Made by a program: the position numbers and the translations under genes. The notes under the pieces are model-generated. The model did no database searches. It worked only from the letters and a program-made list of their open reading frames with translations, and was not told where the DNA came from. Below, piece after piece: positions 35,572 to 44,167 of a stretch of DNA of 44,210 bases (position 1 is its first letter; each line of letters starts with the position of its first letter). The DNA is from an uncultured Dehalococcoidaceae bacterium. Lineage in GTDB: Bacteria; Chloroflexota; Dehalococcoidia; UBA2979. The stretch covers positions 1-44,210 of the forward strand of contig CAYGHU010000001.1 of the NCBI GenBank assembly GCA_964349785.1, read 5' to 3'.

Positions 35572-36537
35572 TCAGTAGTCATCGGGCGAGTCGTGGGTGT
35601 CGTTGGCGTAGTCCTCACCCAAGCTCGCAAGGTAGATGCCCGTCGTCTTGGCCTCCGCGTGGCCGAGTCGCTTCTGTAGGGCGAGCGGGTCCCGCGTCTT
35701 CTGGTAGAACCTCGTTGCAAACGTGTGCCGGAGCCGGTGGAGCTTCGGATTCTCGACCTTCGCCTCCTTGCAGACGGCCTTGAGCATCGCGTCGAGCGTC
35801 GAGTACCCCATCTGGGTCATGCGCTGCGTCACCCAGAGCGTTTTGAACTCCACGTTCGGGCGCACCCTGAGGTAATCCCGCACCGCCTGGGCCGCGTTCC
35901 GCCCGACGCGCACATACCGGACCTTGTCGCCCTTCCCGACGAGCCTCACGATAGTCGGCTTCTCGTCGGTGCGTTTCTTCCCTGACCACTTGAAGGACGC
36001 CTCGGTGAGCGTCACAACCTCGTCGGCGCGGGCGCCCGTTGAAAGCATCAGAAGGATGATCGCGCGGTCACGGAGACCGCCGGCCACCAGTCCCGTCCCG
36101 CAGTGGTAGAGGATGCGAGCCATCTCCTCTTCGGTGAAGGGCTCGCCCTCGGGCCGCGGGAGCTTCGGCGCCCTGACCTTCTCCATTGGGCTCGTCGGCA
36201 GCCGGTCCCGCGCCACACACCAGCCAAAGAAGCGGTTGGCGATGGCGTAGTGGTTGCGGAGCGTGCTCGCGGCGATCGGCCGGCGCTTCGATGTCTCGGT
36301 GCGCTGGTACGAGCGGTTACGTTCGTACAGCAGCCAGCCGCGAAGGTCGTCCTCCGTGACTTGGCTGAGCAACCGCCGTCCCTTTTTCAGCAGGAACGGC
36401 AGCAACACCGTCTTGAGGTGGTAGCGGTAGGAGTCCACCGTCTTCTCGGTGAGCCCCAACTCGCTGTCGTCGAGGAAGGCTTCGATCGAATCCATAAGTT
36501 CGAAAGAAGCAGGTTGCGGTTGTCGTCTTGCTGGCAT
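35572..36537 (-). CDS. int: Tyrosine recombinase/integrase
   Basis: Motifs TGARADEV (Arg I), HRLRHTFATRF (H-x-x-R) and LGHAEAKTTGIYL (His/Tyr), with an N-terminal SAM-like core-binding region. Confidence 0.9.
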   Translation of the reverse strand: MPARRQPQPASFELMDSIEAFLDDSELGLTEKTVDSYRYHLKTVLLPFLLKKGRRLLSQVTEDDLRGWLLYERNRSYQRTETSKRRPIAASTLRNHYAIANRFFGWCVARDRLPTSPMEKVRAPKLPRPEGEPFTEEEMARILYHCGTGLVAGGLRDRAIILLMLSTGARADEVVTLTEASFKWSGKKRTDEKPTIVRLVGKGDKVRYVRVGRNAAQAVRDYLRVRPNVEFKTLWVTQRMTQMGYSTLDAMLKAVCKEAKVENPKLHRLRHTFATRFYQKTRDPLALQKRLGHAEAKTTGIYLASLGEDYANDTHDSPDDY

Positions 36538-36592
36538 TCAATCCGGGCTACCGGGCCGTTTTGAATCTGGACTAGACGATAACGAGGATAGT

Positions 36593-36637
36593 TGGTCGGG
36601 GTGACAAGATTCGAACTTGTGGCCTCCAAGTTCCAAT
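36593..36637 (-). other. attP core: 3' half of a tRNA gene (variable loop, T-arm, acceptor 3' strand, ACCA)
   Basis: The minus strand reads ...cttgg aggcc ACAAG TTCGAAT CTTGT CACCCCG A CCA. No matching 5' acceptor strand or D-arm, so it is not a complete tRNA. Confidence 0.65.
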
Positions 36638-36719
36638 CATTTTGGCTGTTATCGTCAAGTCCAGATACGAATTTGAGGCCGGTGGGAGCCCCCTCCGTTG
36701 CACCTATAAGTTCGAATCC

Positions 36720-37196
36720 TTAGCCCGCTGCGGCGAACCGTCGTTCGAGACTGTTTAACCGTGTCCGGGCGGCTGCGCGGGACACTTCGAAGCCATTGGC
36801 GAGGCTGGTCGCGGTCGCGTCCTTGGGTATCCACAGGCGCGGCATCAGCACGGACGCCGCGTAGTGGTCTGCGAGGCTGCACTCGTAGCCTGGGCCAAGG
36901 TGGTCACGCCGCGGTGCAATGCCGGCGCCCGCCAGCACATGCCAGCCCTCGTGGAACAGGGTGAAGCGGCGGCGTGCCTCGCTGTCCCTGCGGTTGAGCA
37001 GGACGAGCCAGCGCGAGCCGTCGTCGGATAGCTTGGTGGCGCCCCGAACTGTCCTCGGGAGCACCACCGTCGCCACGCTAAGTTCCCGCACCGGGTCCAG
37101 GCCGTACACCAGGCCGGATGGCACAGGCGGGGAATCGAGGTCGAGAAGGAGCTGGTTGGCTAGGGTCTCAACTGTCCTGAGATCCAGCCTCGGCAC
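36720..37196 (-). CDS. ImmA/IrrE-family (COG2856) zinc metallopeptidase
   Basis: HEXXH as LFHEGWHVL. Lies immediately downstream of an XRE HTH gene. Start uncertain (GTG 37196 or ATG 37271). Confidence 0.75.
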   Translation of the reverse strand: MPRLDLRTVETLANQLLLDLDSPPVPSGLVYGLDPVRELSVATVVLPRTVRGATKLSDDGSRWLVLLNRRDSEARRRFTLFHEGWHVLAGAGIAPRRDHLGPGYECSLADHYAASVLMPRLWIPKDATATSLANGFEVSRAAARTRLNSLERRFAAAG

Positions 37197-37581
37197 GCCT
37201 CCCCCCTTCCACGCGAAGAAAATGCTGGTCGATGTCGTAGTGGAGCCTTGCCCGCTCCTCGTCCTCGCCATAGATGGCTTCCCAATCGAGCCGCGTGCGC
37301 GGTGCGCGGAGCCCGGCCGGCTCATAGTCCGGGTCGAGGAACCACTCCACCGGGTAGCCGGTCACGGTCGCGATGATCCGCAGGTCATGCGGGTCAATCG
37401 AGTTGATGCCGCGCTCGATCGCAGAGAACCAGGAGTCATCCCGCACCAAGCCCTTATCCGCCAGGGTCAGTGAGAACTCGCGCTGATTCTGCCCCAGCGC
37501 CTCCCTTGCTTTCCGGATCTGCCCGCCCGTGAACTCGAACAGGTACGCCCTTTCCGGCGTCTTCTTGCGCTGCCTCGTCAT
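37168..37581 (-). CDS. XRE-family HTH repressor (CI-like)
   Basis: Reads GGQIRKAREALGQNQREFSLTLADKGLVRDDSWFSAIERG. GAGGAAG upstream of ATG 37581. Divergent from the Cro-like gene. Confidence 0.75.
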   Translation of the reverse strand: MTRQRKKTPERAYLFEFTGGQIRKAREALGQNQREFSLTLADKGLVRDDSWFSAIERGINSIDPHDLRIIATVTGYPVEWFLDPDYEPAGLRAPRTRLDWEAIYGEDEERARLHYDIDQHFLRVEGGRRAEAGSQDS

Positions 37582-37699
37582 TACCACTTGCCACTTCCTC
37601 GGACCGTTCTTTTGTTCACCCAGCAACGGCGGGTTGCGGTGGGAAACATAACGATTATCCGACGGAAAGAGTACGCAGAGTCGCGACATGTTGACAAGC

Positions 37700-37713
37700 A
37701 TGTTTGCAAACAT
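37700..37713. promoter_or_regulatory. Perfect 14-bp palindrome ATGTTTGCAAACAT (candidate operator) next to TTGACA 37691-37696
   Basis: Read directly from sequence. Lies in the 225-bp divergent intergenic region. Confidence 0.55.
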
Positions 37714-37806
37714 CTCGTGTAACAAGGTTATTGCAAGTTGGGCCGGATTCGGTTAAAACTCGTGGGCACACGATCATCGATCGTCTAAAGCCAGGGAGTT
37801 AGCCGA

Positions 37807-38016
37807 ATGACCAACCCGCCTGTCGGGCGCGTACCTTATGCGCTTCGCAAAGAGGTTTCAATAAGCGGGCGTCAGCCACGCGACATTGTGATGGACGCCA
37901 TCCGTACATCGCCTTCGGCTACGGCGGCGGCGATGAAGCTGGGAGTCACCACTCTCACGCTGAACAAGTGGAAGCGGCTTTACAGAATAGACGCCAAATC
38001 GTCGAGCGCGTCGTGA
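37807..38016 (+). CDS. Cro-like small HTH protein
   Basis: Reads ATAAAMKLGVTTLTLNKWKRLY. Divergent from the XRE gene. Confidence 0.6.
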   Translation: MTNPPVGRVPYALRKEVSISGRQPRDIVMDAIRTSPSATAAAMKLGVTTLTLNKWKRLYRIDAKSSSAS

Positions 38017-38192
38017 TGACGTGGAGCGACCGCCAGCGGGGCGGTCTGACGACGTTAGAGCGTTACGGCGCGGGCCATCTGCGACGAATAGCAACAGGGA
38101 AACGCCGGCGAAGGCGCATAGCGAAAGTTGGAAGGGCTACCGGGCCCGTCTTCGCCGCTGATTCAAATCGCGCCGAGGTGATGCGGGTGTAG
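38016..38192 (+). CDS. 58-aa basic protein (RGGLTTLERYGAGHLRRIATGKRRRRR)
   Basis: TGATG overlap with the upstream gene. GC3 drops in the 3' half. Confidence 0.35.
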   Translation: MTWSDRQRGGLTTLERYGAGHLRRIATGKRRRRRIAKVGRATGPVFAADSNRAEVMRV

Positions 38193-38274
38193 GAGCGGAA
38201 AAGTAGGCGAGCTGCTGAGGCCGGGGAGTCCCGAGCGCAACCGGCCTCAGCCAATCTTTCAAAGGAACGTACCA

Positions 38275-38625
38275 GTGCAAGGGTTTCTCCAATTCCTCAG
38301 TGAGATCCGCGGCGGCAGGGCTGCCGACCAGGCGTTCAAGTCGCTCCAAGAAGTGCGCGACCGCGTGTCAGAGACGGGGAAACCCGGCATCTTCACGCTG
38401 ACGCTGACCATCAAGCCCGCGACGAAGGGCAACAAACTCACCCACGCAATCATCGACCGCATCACGACCAAGCTCCCCGTGGGCGAGGTCGAGGAGTCCC
38501 TGGCCTTCGTTGACGAGGCGGGGCTTTACACGCGTCGCGACCCGCGCCAGCCGGAGCTGCCTGCCATGCGCGCGGTGTCGACCGACGCCCGCACCACCAC
38601 AGAAGGAGTAGAGAACGTTGGCTAA
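38275..38625 (+). CDS. Hypothetical 116-aa early protein
   Basis: GTG start. Followed by the DUF2303-like gene with an 8-nt overlap. Confidence 0.6.
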   Translation: MQGFLQFLSEIRGGRAADQAFKSLQEVRDRVSETGKPGIFTLTLTIKPATKGNKLTHAIIDRITTKLPVGEVEESLAFVDEAGLYTRRDPRQPELPAMRAVSTDARTTTEGVENVG

Positions 38626-39487
38626 TGCGGTTGAGGATGTCGACTATGTCGACTCTGTCGACTCGGCCCTCGTCCACGGACGCGACCTGCGCGACATCGA
38701 ATCACTCATGGCCGCTGCCACCGCCCATGAGATTGACGGGGTAGCGGTCAACGTCGTCCCGCATGGCTGGGAAGCCCAAGTCGTCGATGTGGAGAAGCAC
38801 CTGCTTCATCCGTACCGCCGCAAGGGCACGGCCACGATGTCGGAAGTCGAGTCGTTCATTGCCTACGTGTCCGCTCATAAGGAGCCGGGCACGGCAGTGT
38901 GGGCGGACAGCAACGCCCACATCCTCACGGCGCGTTTGAACGGCCATTCGCCGAGCGAAATCTCGGATGACGATGGGCTGCTCGCAGGCTGGGGCGACCA
39001 CAAGGCCGTGTTTGCGATGCGGTTCTCGCCCGCATGGACGGCATGGACTGGCTTCGACAACCGGCAGATGGACCAAGTCTCATTCGCCAACTTCCTCGAA
39101 GAACGCATAAGTGAGATCGCGGACCCGCCAGGGGCCGACCTGTTCGAGGTTGTCCGAACCCTGCGCGTCCACGTGAACGCGACCTGGGAAAACATCATCA
39201 ACACGCAGCACAACGGCGTGCAGTTCCGCTGGTCGGAAGACGTGAACACAGGGGACGTCACGCTCCCGGAGAAGCTGGCACTCGTGCTCTCGCCGTTCGA
39301 CGGTGGGTCGCTCGTGCAGCTTGAAGCGAAGCTCCGGTTCACCAAGCCGGACTCCAACGGCCGCGTGAAGTTCCACTACGTCCTTGGCGAGGAGACCCGC
39401 CGCATCCTTGACGAGCTGTTCGGGGACATCTGTCAGGCCGTCCTCGCCGGCACCGGAGTCCCGGTCTACCGCGGGACGTTCGGCTAG
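38618..39487 (+). CDS. DUF2303 (YfdQ)-like protein
   Basis: TTG start with AAGGAG upstream. Length and motifs (FIAYV...WGDHKAVF...FANFLEER...PFDGG) resemble prophage YfdQ-type proteins, judged from memory. Confidence 0.5.
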   Translation: MANAVEDVDYVDSVDSALVHGRDLRDIESLMAAATAHEIDGVAVNVVPHGWEAQVVDVEKHLLHPYRRKGTATMSEVESFIAYVSAHKEPGTAVWADSNAHILTARLNGHSPSEISDDDGLLAGWGDHKAVFAMRFSPAWTAWTGFDNRQMDQVSFANFLEERISEIADPPGADLFEVVRTLRVHVNATWENIINTQHNGVQFRWSEDVNTGDVTLPEKLALVLSPFDGGSLVQLEAKLRFTKPDSNGRVKFHYVLGEETRRILDELFGDICQAVLAGTGVPVYRGTFG

Positions 39488-39489
39488 AC

Positions 39490-40071
39490 ATGGAGCTGGA
39501 ATTCGACGAGGCGGCGCACGAGTACCGCTGGGACGGGCAGATTGTCCCATCGGTGACGCAGGCCCTGAAACCGCTCGATGCCGACGATCTGGCGAAGGTG
39601 CCACCCGATGTCCTGGAATTCGCACGGCTGCGGGGAACCCTCGCGCACAAAGCCTGCGAATACTTCGACCAAGGGCGCCTCGACGAATCCAGCCTGGACC
39701 CCGAAATCGCGGGGTACGTCCAGAGCTGGATTGAGTTCCGCAGGGTGACGGGCTACACCCCCATCCTCACGGAGCACCGCTTCTATCACCCGCAGCTTGG
39801 CTACGCGGGGACGATCGACTCGGTCGGACAGTACGGCGGCTCGCTCGCGGTGCTCGACCGGAAAACATCCGCAACGCTCCTGCCGTCCGTGGGGCCGCAA
39901 CTCGCGGCCTACCAGCACGCGCCAGGGGTGAAAGCGCTCCGGCGCTACGCCATTCAACTCATGGCCGATGGGTCAATTGCGAAGGCGCACGCGTTCACCG
40001 ACGCGGACGACTGGCGATGCTTCACGGCCATGCTCGCAACCCGTTCTTGGAGGACGAAACATGGACTCTAA
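39490..40071 (+). CDS. PD-(D/E)XK (Cas4/RecB-like) exonuclease
   Basis: Reads HEYRWDGQIVPSVTQ...GTLAHK...YAGTIDSVG...AVLDRKTS (D...D-x-K). Confidence 0.7.
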   Translation: MELEFDEAAHEYRWDGQIVPSVTQALKPLDADDLAKVPPDVLEFARLRGTLAHKACEYFDQGRLDESSLDPEIAGYVQSWIEFRRVTGYTPILTEHRFYHPQLGYAGTIDSVGQYGGSLAVLDRKTSATLLPSVGPQLAAYQHAPGVKALRRYAIQLMADGSIAKAHAFTDADDWRCFTAMLATRSWRTKHGL

Positions 40072-40324
40072 CTCGATTCAAGAGAGGTTCGGCGCAGCGG
40101 CATTGGCAGAGGGGTTCCTTGTGGCGCTTGCCTCCCCGAGAACTCTCTCACCCGACCTCGTGCGTCTTGGCATGAATGCCGCGCTTCGGCACCCGGAGTG
40201 GGCGCAAGCGATGCTTCGCGACTACCGCGAAGGGCGCACCGACGCTGCCGACTTCGATTCTGTCGCAGACAGGTTTGTCACCCATGCCGCGTTGGAGGTT
40301 CTGCAAGATGCCGCTGCCAATTAA
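40061..40324 (+). CDS. Hypothetical 87-aa protein
   Basis: ATG 40061 with GGAGGA upstream. 11-nt overlap with the upstream gene. Confidence 0.5.
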   Translation: MDSNSIQERFGAAALAEGFLVALASPRTLSPDLVRLGMNAALRHPEWAQAMLRDYREGRTDAADFDSVADRFVTHAALEVLQDAAAN

Positions 40325-41009
40325 CGTCGCGGAGGACGCGGGCCTGTGGGCGGAAGTCGACGCCCTGGTCGAGCCGCACCGGAAGGCGCTCGCTGCGGCG
40401 ATCGAGTTTGCCGACCAACCCTTCCAGACGCCGCAGGACAACGACGGCCTGGTGTTCCTCAACGACCGGCTGCGCGAGCTGGCGACCGTAGGGCGAAGCA
40501 TCGAGGACGCGCGCAAGAAGGCCACAGCACCGATTGCCGGCCAGAAAACAGCGGTCGACGCCGAGTTCAAGCTCGCGCTCGATGCGGTCGGCCGGACCCG
40601 CGCCCTCATCAACAACGTCATCAGCAACTTCCAAGCTGAACAGCGGCGGAAGCGCGAAGCCGCTGAGGCCCTGGCTCAGAAGCAGGCCGAGCAGGAACGC
40701 CGCCGCAAGGAACGGCTCGCGCAGCAGGCCATGGAGAAGGGCAACACGGAGCGGGCGATGGAGCACGCGGAAGCGGCTGCGCGCGTTGCCCCAAAGCCGG
40801 TCGCGGTGCCGGAGCCAGTGAAGCTCCAAGGCAACTTCAACCGCACGACGTGGCGCGCGGAAGTGGTCGACGAAAGCCTCATTCCGCGCGAGTACCTGAT
40901 GGTCGACGAGATGAAGCTGAACCTCATCGCTGTCGCCCTCAAGGAGACGTTCAACATCCCTGGTGCCAAGGCCGTGTCGGTCTCCACCAGCGTTCAAAGG
41001 AGCATGTAG
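40308..41009 (+). CDS. Hypothetical 233-aa coiled-coil protein
   Basis: Central EQRRKREAAEALAQKQAEQERRRKE. Lies in the recombination module. Confidence 0.6.
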   Translation: MPLPINVAEDAGLWAEVDALVEPHRKALAAAIEFADQPFQTPQDNDGLVFLNDRLRELATVGRSIEDARKKATAPIAGQKTAVDAEFKLALDAVGRTRALINNVISNFQAEQRRKREAAEALAQKQAEQERRRKERLAQQAMEKGNTERAMEHAEAAARVAPKPVAVPEPVKLQGNFNRTTWRAEVVDESLIPREYLMVDEMKLNLIAVALKETFNIPGAKAVSVSTSVQRSM

Positions 41010-41273
41010 ATGACACTGACGTTTTGGAAGAAAACCACTCCCGCCCATGAGCACCAGTGGAAGGCAGTGAAGTTCGCGCCGCTGGAGGGGCACGGCCCGT
41101 TCGGCGCTGCCATCACTCGCGCCTATGGGGCCTGCGATTGCGGCGCCCGTTCCATCGCCATCGTGGCCTTGGAAGAGTCAGATGTCCGATGGCTCTACAG
41201 GGCCCAAGGGGATGAGCCGGTGCCCGTCCCCGAAGCCTTCCTCGCCGCGTTCGATGCGGGCCTGCCGCAGTGA
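41010..41273 (+). CDS. Hypothetical 87-aa protein
   Basis: ATG directly follows the upstream TAG. Confidence 0.55.
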   Translation: MTLTFWKKTTPAHEHQWKAVKFAPLEGHGPFGAAITRAYGACDCGARSIAIVALEESDVRWLYRAQGDEPVPVPEAFLAAFDAGLPQ

Positions 41274-42406
41274 CACAGGCGCTCACCGTTTCCAACGTCG
41301 GGCAGCACGTCCAGGTGTTCGACGAGTCACAACTCGAGATCCTGCAGAAGACCATCTTCAAGGGTGGCACTCCCAACCAACTCGCCCTGTTTGCGCAGGT
41401 ATGCCAGCGCACCGGCCTCGACCCCTTCGCAAAGCAGATCTACCCGGTCATTCGGAACACGAAGGTGGACGGCAAGGTCGTCCCCGTGATGACGATCCAG
41501 ACCGGCATCGACGGCTATCGCCTCATCGCACAGCGGTCCGGAGAGTGGGAAGGCACCACACAGCCGGAATGGTGCGACGAGCTGGGCACCTGGCACGACG
41601 TTTGGCTCAGCGAGGACCCTCCGGCGGCGGCGCGGATCGGCGTCTACCGGCGCGGGTTCCGCGAACCTGTCATGTTCACGGCGGTCTACCGCGAGTACGT
41701 CCAAACCGTCGCCATCTACGAGAACGGCCAACGCTCCGGCAAGAGTCGCCCAAACGAGATGTGGTTCAAGATGCCCGCGAACCAGCTTCGGAAGTGCGCT
41801 GAGGCGGGAGCGATTCGGACGGGCTTCCCGCAAGAGTGCGCCGGCATCTATGTCGACGCTGAGGACGGCGCGGGCGACCACGTTTGGGACGCCCAGGTCG
41901 AGCGCGAGACGCCGCCACCAGTCCGAACAATCGCACCGCCCCGAGCGACCGATGAGCCGTTCGAAGGCGAGTTCACAGAAGCCGGAGAGGAGGAGCAGGA
42001 GGACACCCAATCCACACCCCTGCCACCAGTAGATGAGCCTGCTCCTCCTCCACCGGCTGCAACCGAGTCGGTGGTCGCCAACGTGCGAGACGACAGCGAC
42101 GAGCAGTCCGCGGCTGAGAAGGAACCGCCTGCGACGCCTCCCCGCCGCGCCCGGAACCTCGATGCGAGCGAGCCCACGCCAATCCGTGAGGCTGCTGCCG
42201 TCGCGCCGACCTTCGCGGAATTCTCGGCCGACGTGGACAAGGTGGTGGCCGAGCTCGGCGCCGACTTCGCGGACTTGGCGATGTGCCTGAACATCGCGGC
42301 CGACGAGCTGGCCTTGAAGAAGTGGTGGGAGCGGACGGTGAACGCCGGCAAGATCAAAGACCCGGTCGAGTACATCCGCAAGAACATCCAAGCGATGCAG
42401 GGGTAG
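41270..42406 (+). CDS. recT: RecT-family single-strand annealing protein with a long acidic/Pro-rich C-terminal extension
   Basis: Reads LALFAQVCQRTGLDPFAKQIYPV...TIQTGIDGYRLIAQRSGEW...MPANQLRKCAEAGAIRTGFP. Confidence 0.8.
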   Translation: MTQALTVSNVGQHVQVFDESQLEILQKTIFKGGTPNQLALFAQVCQRTGLDPFAKQIYPVIRNTKVDGKVVPVMTIQTGIDGYRLIAQRSGEWEGTTQPEWCDELGTWHDVWLSEDPPAAARIGVYRRGFREPVMFTAVYREYVQTVAIYENGQRSGKSRPNEMWFKMPANQLRKCAEAGAIRTGFPQECAGIYVDAEDGAGDHVWDAQVERETPPPVRTIAPPRATDEPFEGEFTEAGEEEQEDTQSTPLPPVDEPAPPPPAATESVVANVRDDSDEQSAAEKEPPATPPRRARNLDASEPTPIREAAAVAPTFAEFSADVDKVVAELGADFADLAMCLNIAADELALKKWWERTVNAGKIKDPVEYIRKNIQAMQG

Positions 42407-42411
42407 GGGCG

Positions 42412-42711
42412 ATGGGAACATTTTCAGACGATGGAAAGTGGCGACCATCCTTGACGGATCGCATCGAAGACAATTTCTTTCTCTTCTTCGGCGCGATCTT
42501 GCTTGGGGTTATCGCGTTCATGGCGGTCATCGGCGTCCCGATAGTGGGAGGCGTCATCTGGTTCGAGTCGTCGCAATGTGCCCGCACCAGCCAGCGCCTG
42601 GAGGTTCCGAGCAAGTACGACTGGCTCCAGGCGACCTGCTACATCCAGGTCAACGGGCAGTGGGTTGATCAGGAGAGGTACCTCGTCAACCAGCCGGTGG
42701 AGGCACGCTGA
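42412..42711 (+). CDS. 99-aa membrane protein
   Basis: TM stretch FFLFFGAILLGVIAFMAVIGVPIVGGVIWF. Confidence 0.55.
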   Translation: MGTFSDDGKWRPSLTDRIEDNFFLFFGAILLGVIAFMAVIGVPIVGGVIWFESSQCARTSQRLEVPSKYDWLQATCYIQVNGQWVDQERYLVNQPVEAR

Positions 42712-43028
42712 TGGCAGCTTACGTTCCCCTCACCGACCTGGAGCTCGACGATTACGACTTGGAGCTTGCTAGCCTCCAATCCGAGGCGGGTTCCGCAGCC
42801 AACTACGAGATGGAACGGCGGTTGCTGCGCGAAGTCGCGTGGCTCCGGTCCAACGTCCTCAAGCTGCTCAACCAGTTCGGCGCGAAGGGCGAATGCGCCG
42901 GCTGCCACGAAGAGATGTATTGGATGCCGCGGCCCGGCAAGCGGCCCATCCCGTACATGAAGCTCGGCTTGGTGCATTTTGGCAACTGCCCGGACGCTGC
43001 GCAGTTCCGCCGTGGCGGTGAAGCGTGA
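42711..43028 (+). CDS. Hypothetical 105-aa protein with CAGC...C motifs
   Basis: TGATG overlap with the upstream gene. Confidence 0.55.
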   Translation: MAAYVPLTDLELDDYDLELASLQSEAGSAANYEMERRLLREVAWLRSNVLKLLNQFGAKGECAGCHEEMYWMPRPGKRPIPYMKLGLVHFGNCPDAAQFRRGGEA

Positions 43029-43195
43029 GCTGGAAGGACGACGACGCCCGCATCCTCTCGCGGACTATCGAGGGCACGGAGCAAGGGCCACCGACCCGCC
43101 AGCAGCTTCGCCACACTGACCGGATTGCCTACAAGCGCCGGGAACAGGCAGCGCGGGCCAAGCTGCGCGACATGCGCCGGAGCCTCCGGCGATGA
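43025..43195 (+). CDS. 56-aa basic protein
   Basis: Not in the ORF track. GTGA overlap upstream and ATGA overlap downstream. Confidence 0.4.
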   Translation: MSWKDDDARILSRTIEGTEQGPPTRQQLRHTDRIAYKRREQAARAKLRDMRRSLRR

Positions 43196-43416
43196 CGCAG
43201 CCAACACCCGCCCTCTCCACCATCACCATCGGCGCCGGCTCGAAGATCGTCCTGATGAAAATCGCGGCGGAATTCCTCCACGCAGAGCCGCATCTTTCGC
43301 TCTATCCGGAGTACAGCGCTCGGCTTCGGGCGCTGATGAGGACTCTCGAATGCCTGAACAGCAGCGCGCACGCTTGGGTGCTTGCCGAGGCCAAGCGTAG
43401 CGAGCAGGCCCGATGA
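43192..43416 (+). CDS. Hypothetical 74-aa protein
   Basis: ATGA overlaps on both sides. Confidence 0.5.
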   Translation: MTQPTPALSTITIGAGSKIVLMKIAAEFLHAEPHLSLYPEYSARLRALMRTLECLNSSAHAWVLAEAKRSEQAR

Positions 43417-43766
43417 CGACCTTGGCCCTGGAGCGCGTGGCGACCATCGTCATCGACTGGCTGGAACGGAACCCGATCGAGCTGGACACCATCCTGACCC
43501 TGGCGACCCTGCCGCTGACCGCGTCGAGCCTGGACTTCGAGGCCAAGACCGAGGCAGAGATGATCGTGGTCGGCGCGCGGAAGCGAGCGGTCGAGCGGTA
43601 CTTCGGGTCCGCTATGTTCGGTGCCTGCGCGAGTTGCTACCTGCCGGTGGTGGAGTTTAGCGATGGGCGGGCGATGAACTGGCCGGACATGGGGGAGCAC
43701 GCGCACGAGTTCCCGGCTGAGCTGCCGGCGCCGATGGCGCGCCGAGCGCGGGGGATTGCATCGTGA
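43413..43766 (+). CDS. Hypothetical 117-aa protein
   Basis: ATGA and GTGA overlaps. Confidence 0.55.
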   Translation: MTTLALERVATIVIDWLERNPIELDTILTLATLPLTASSLDFEAKTEAEMIVVGARKRAVERYFGSAMFGACASCYLPVVEFSDGRAMNWPDMGEHAHEFPAELPAPMARRARGIAS

Positions 43767-44167
43767 AGTACCAGCGCAAGACGTTCGAGGTGGAGGCCGT
43801 CCAGTACGACGGCACGCCGCACCCATTGGTGCGCACCATTGATGACTTGCCGGCCTCCCTGCTGCGGATGAACGGGACCTACGCCTACGTGGACGGGATG
43901 TCCTGCCCGCTGCCGCTGATCCGGGCTTCATGCTGCCCTTGCCGCCCTCCGCGCCCAAGCCGGGGAGGGGATGTGAGCCGAATCAGCGACATCCTCGACG
44001 CCGAAGCCTACAAGTCGGACTGCGGGACGTGCCGCAAGCCTGTTTGGTGCTTTGCCCCACGGTTTCCCGGAGCGCCGTCCGAAGAGTTCCCCGCCGCCCA
44101 GCCCGAGATTCGCCACTACAACGCGAACGGGTCCCGGCATGAGCACGCGCCGAAGGTTGCCCCATGA
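43763..44167 (+). CDS. Hypothetical 134-aa Cys-rich protein
   Basis: GTGA overlap with the upstream gene. Several Cys clusters. Confidence 0.55.
   Translation: MKYQRKTFEVEAVQYDGTPHPLVRTIDDLPASLLRMNGTYAYVDGMSCPLPLIRASCCPCRPPRPSRGGDVSRISDILDAEAYKSDCGTCRKPVWCFAPRFPGAPSEEFPAAQPEIRHYNANGSRHEHAPKVAP

Noticed and set aside
36697-36722. Second T-loop-like string AAGTTCGAATCCTTA just downstream of the ImmA-like gene
   Set aside because: The flanking bases do not form a 5-bp T-stem with a 7-nt loop, and there is no acceptor strand. TTCGAA is itself palindromic, so this is probably coincidental or a degraded remnant.
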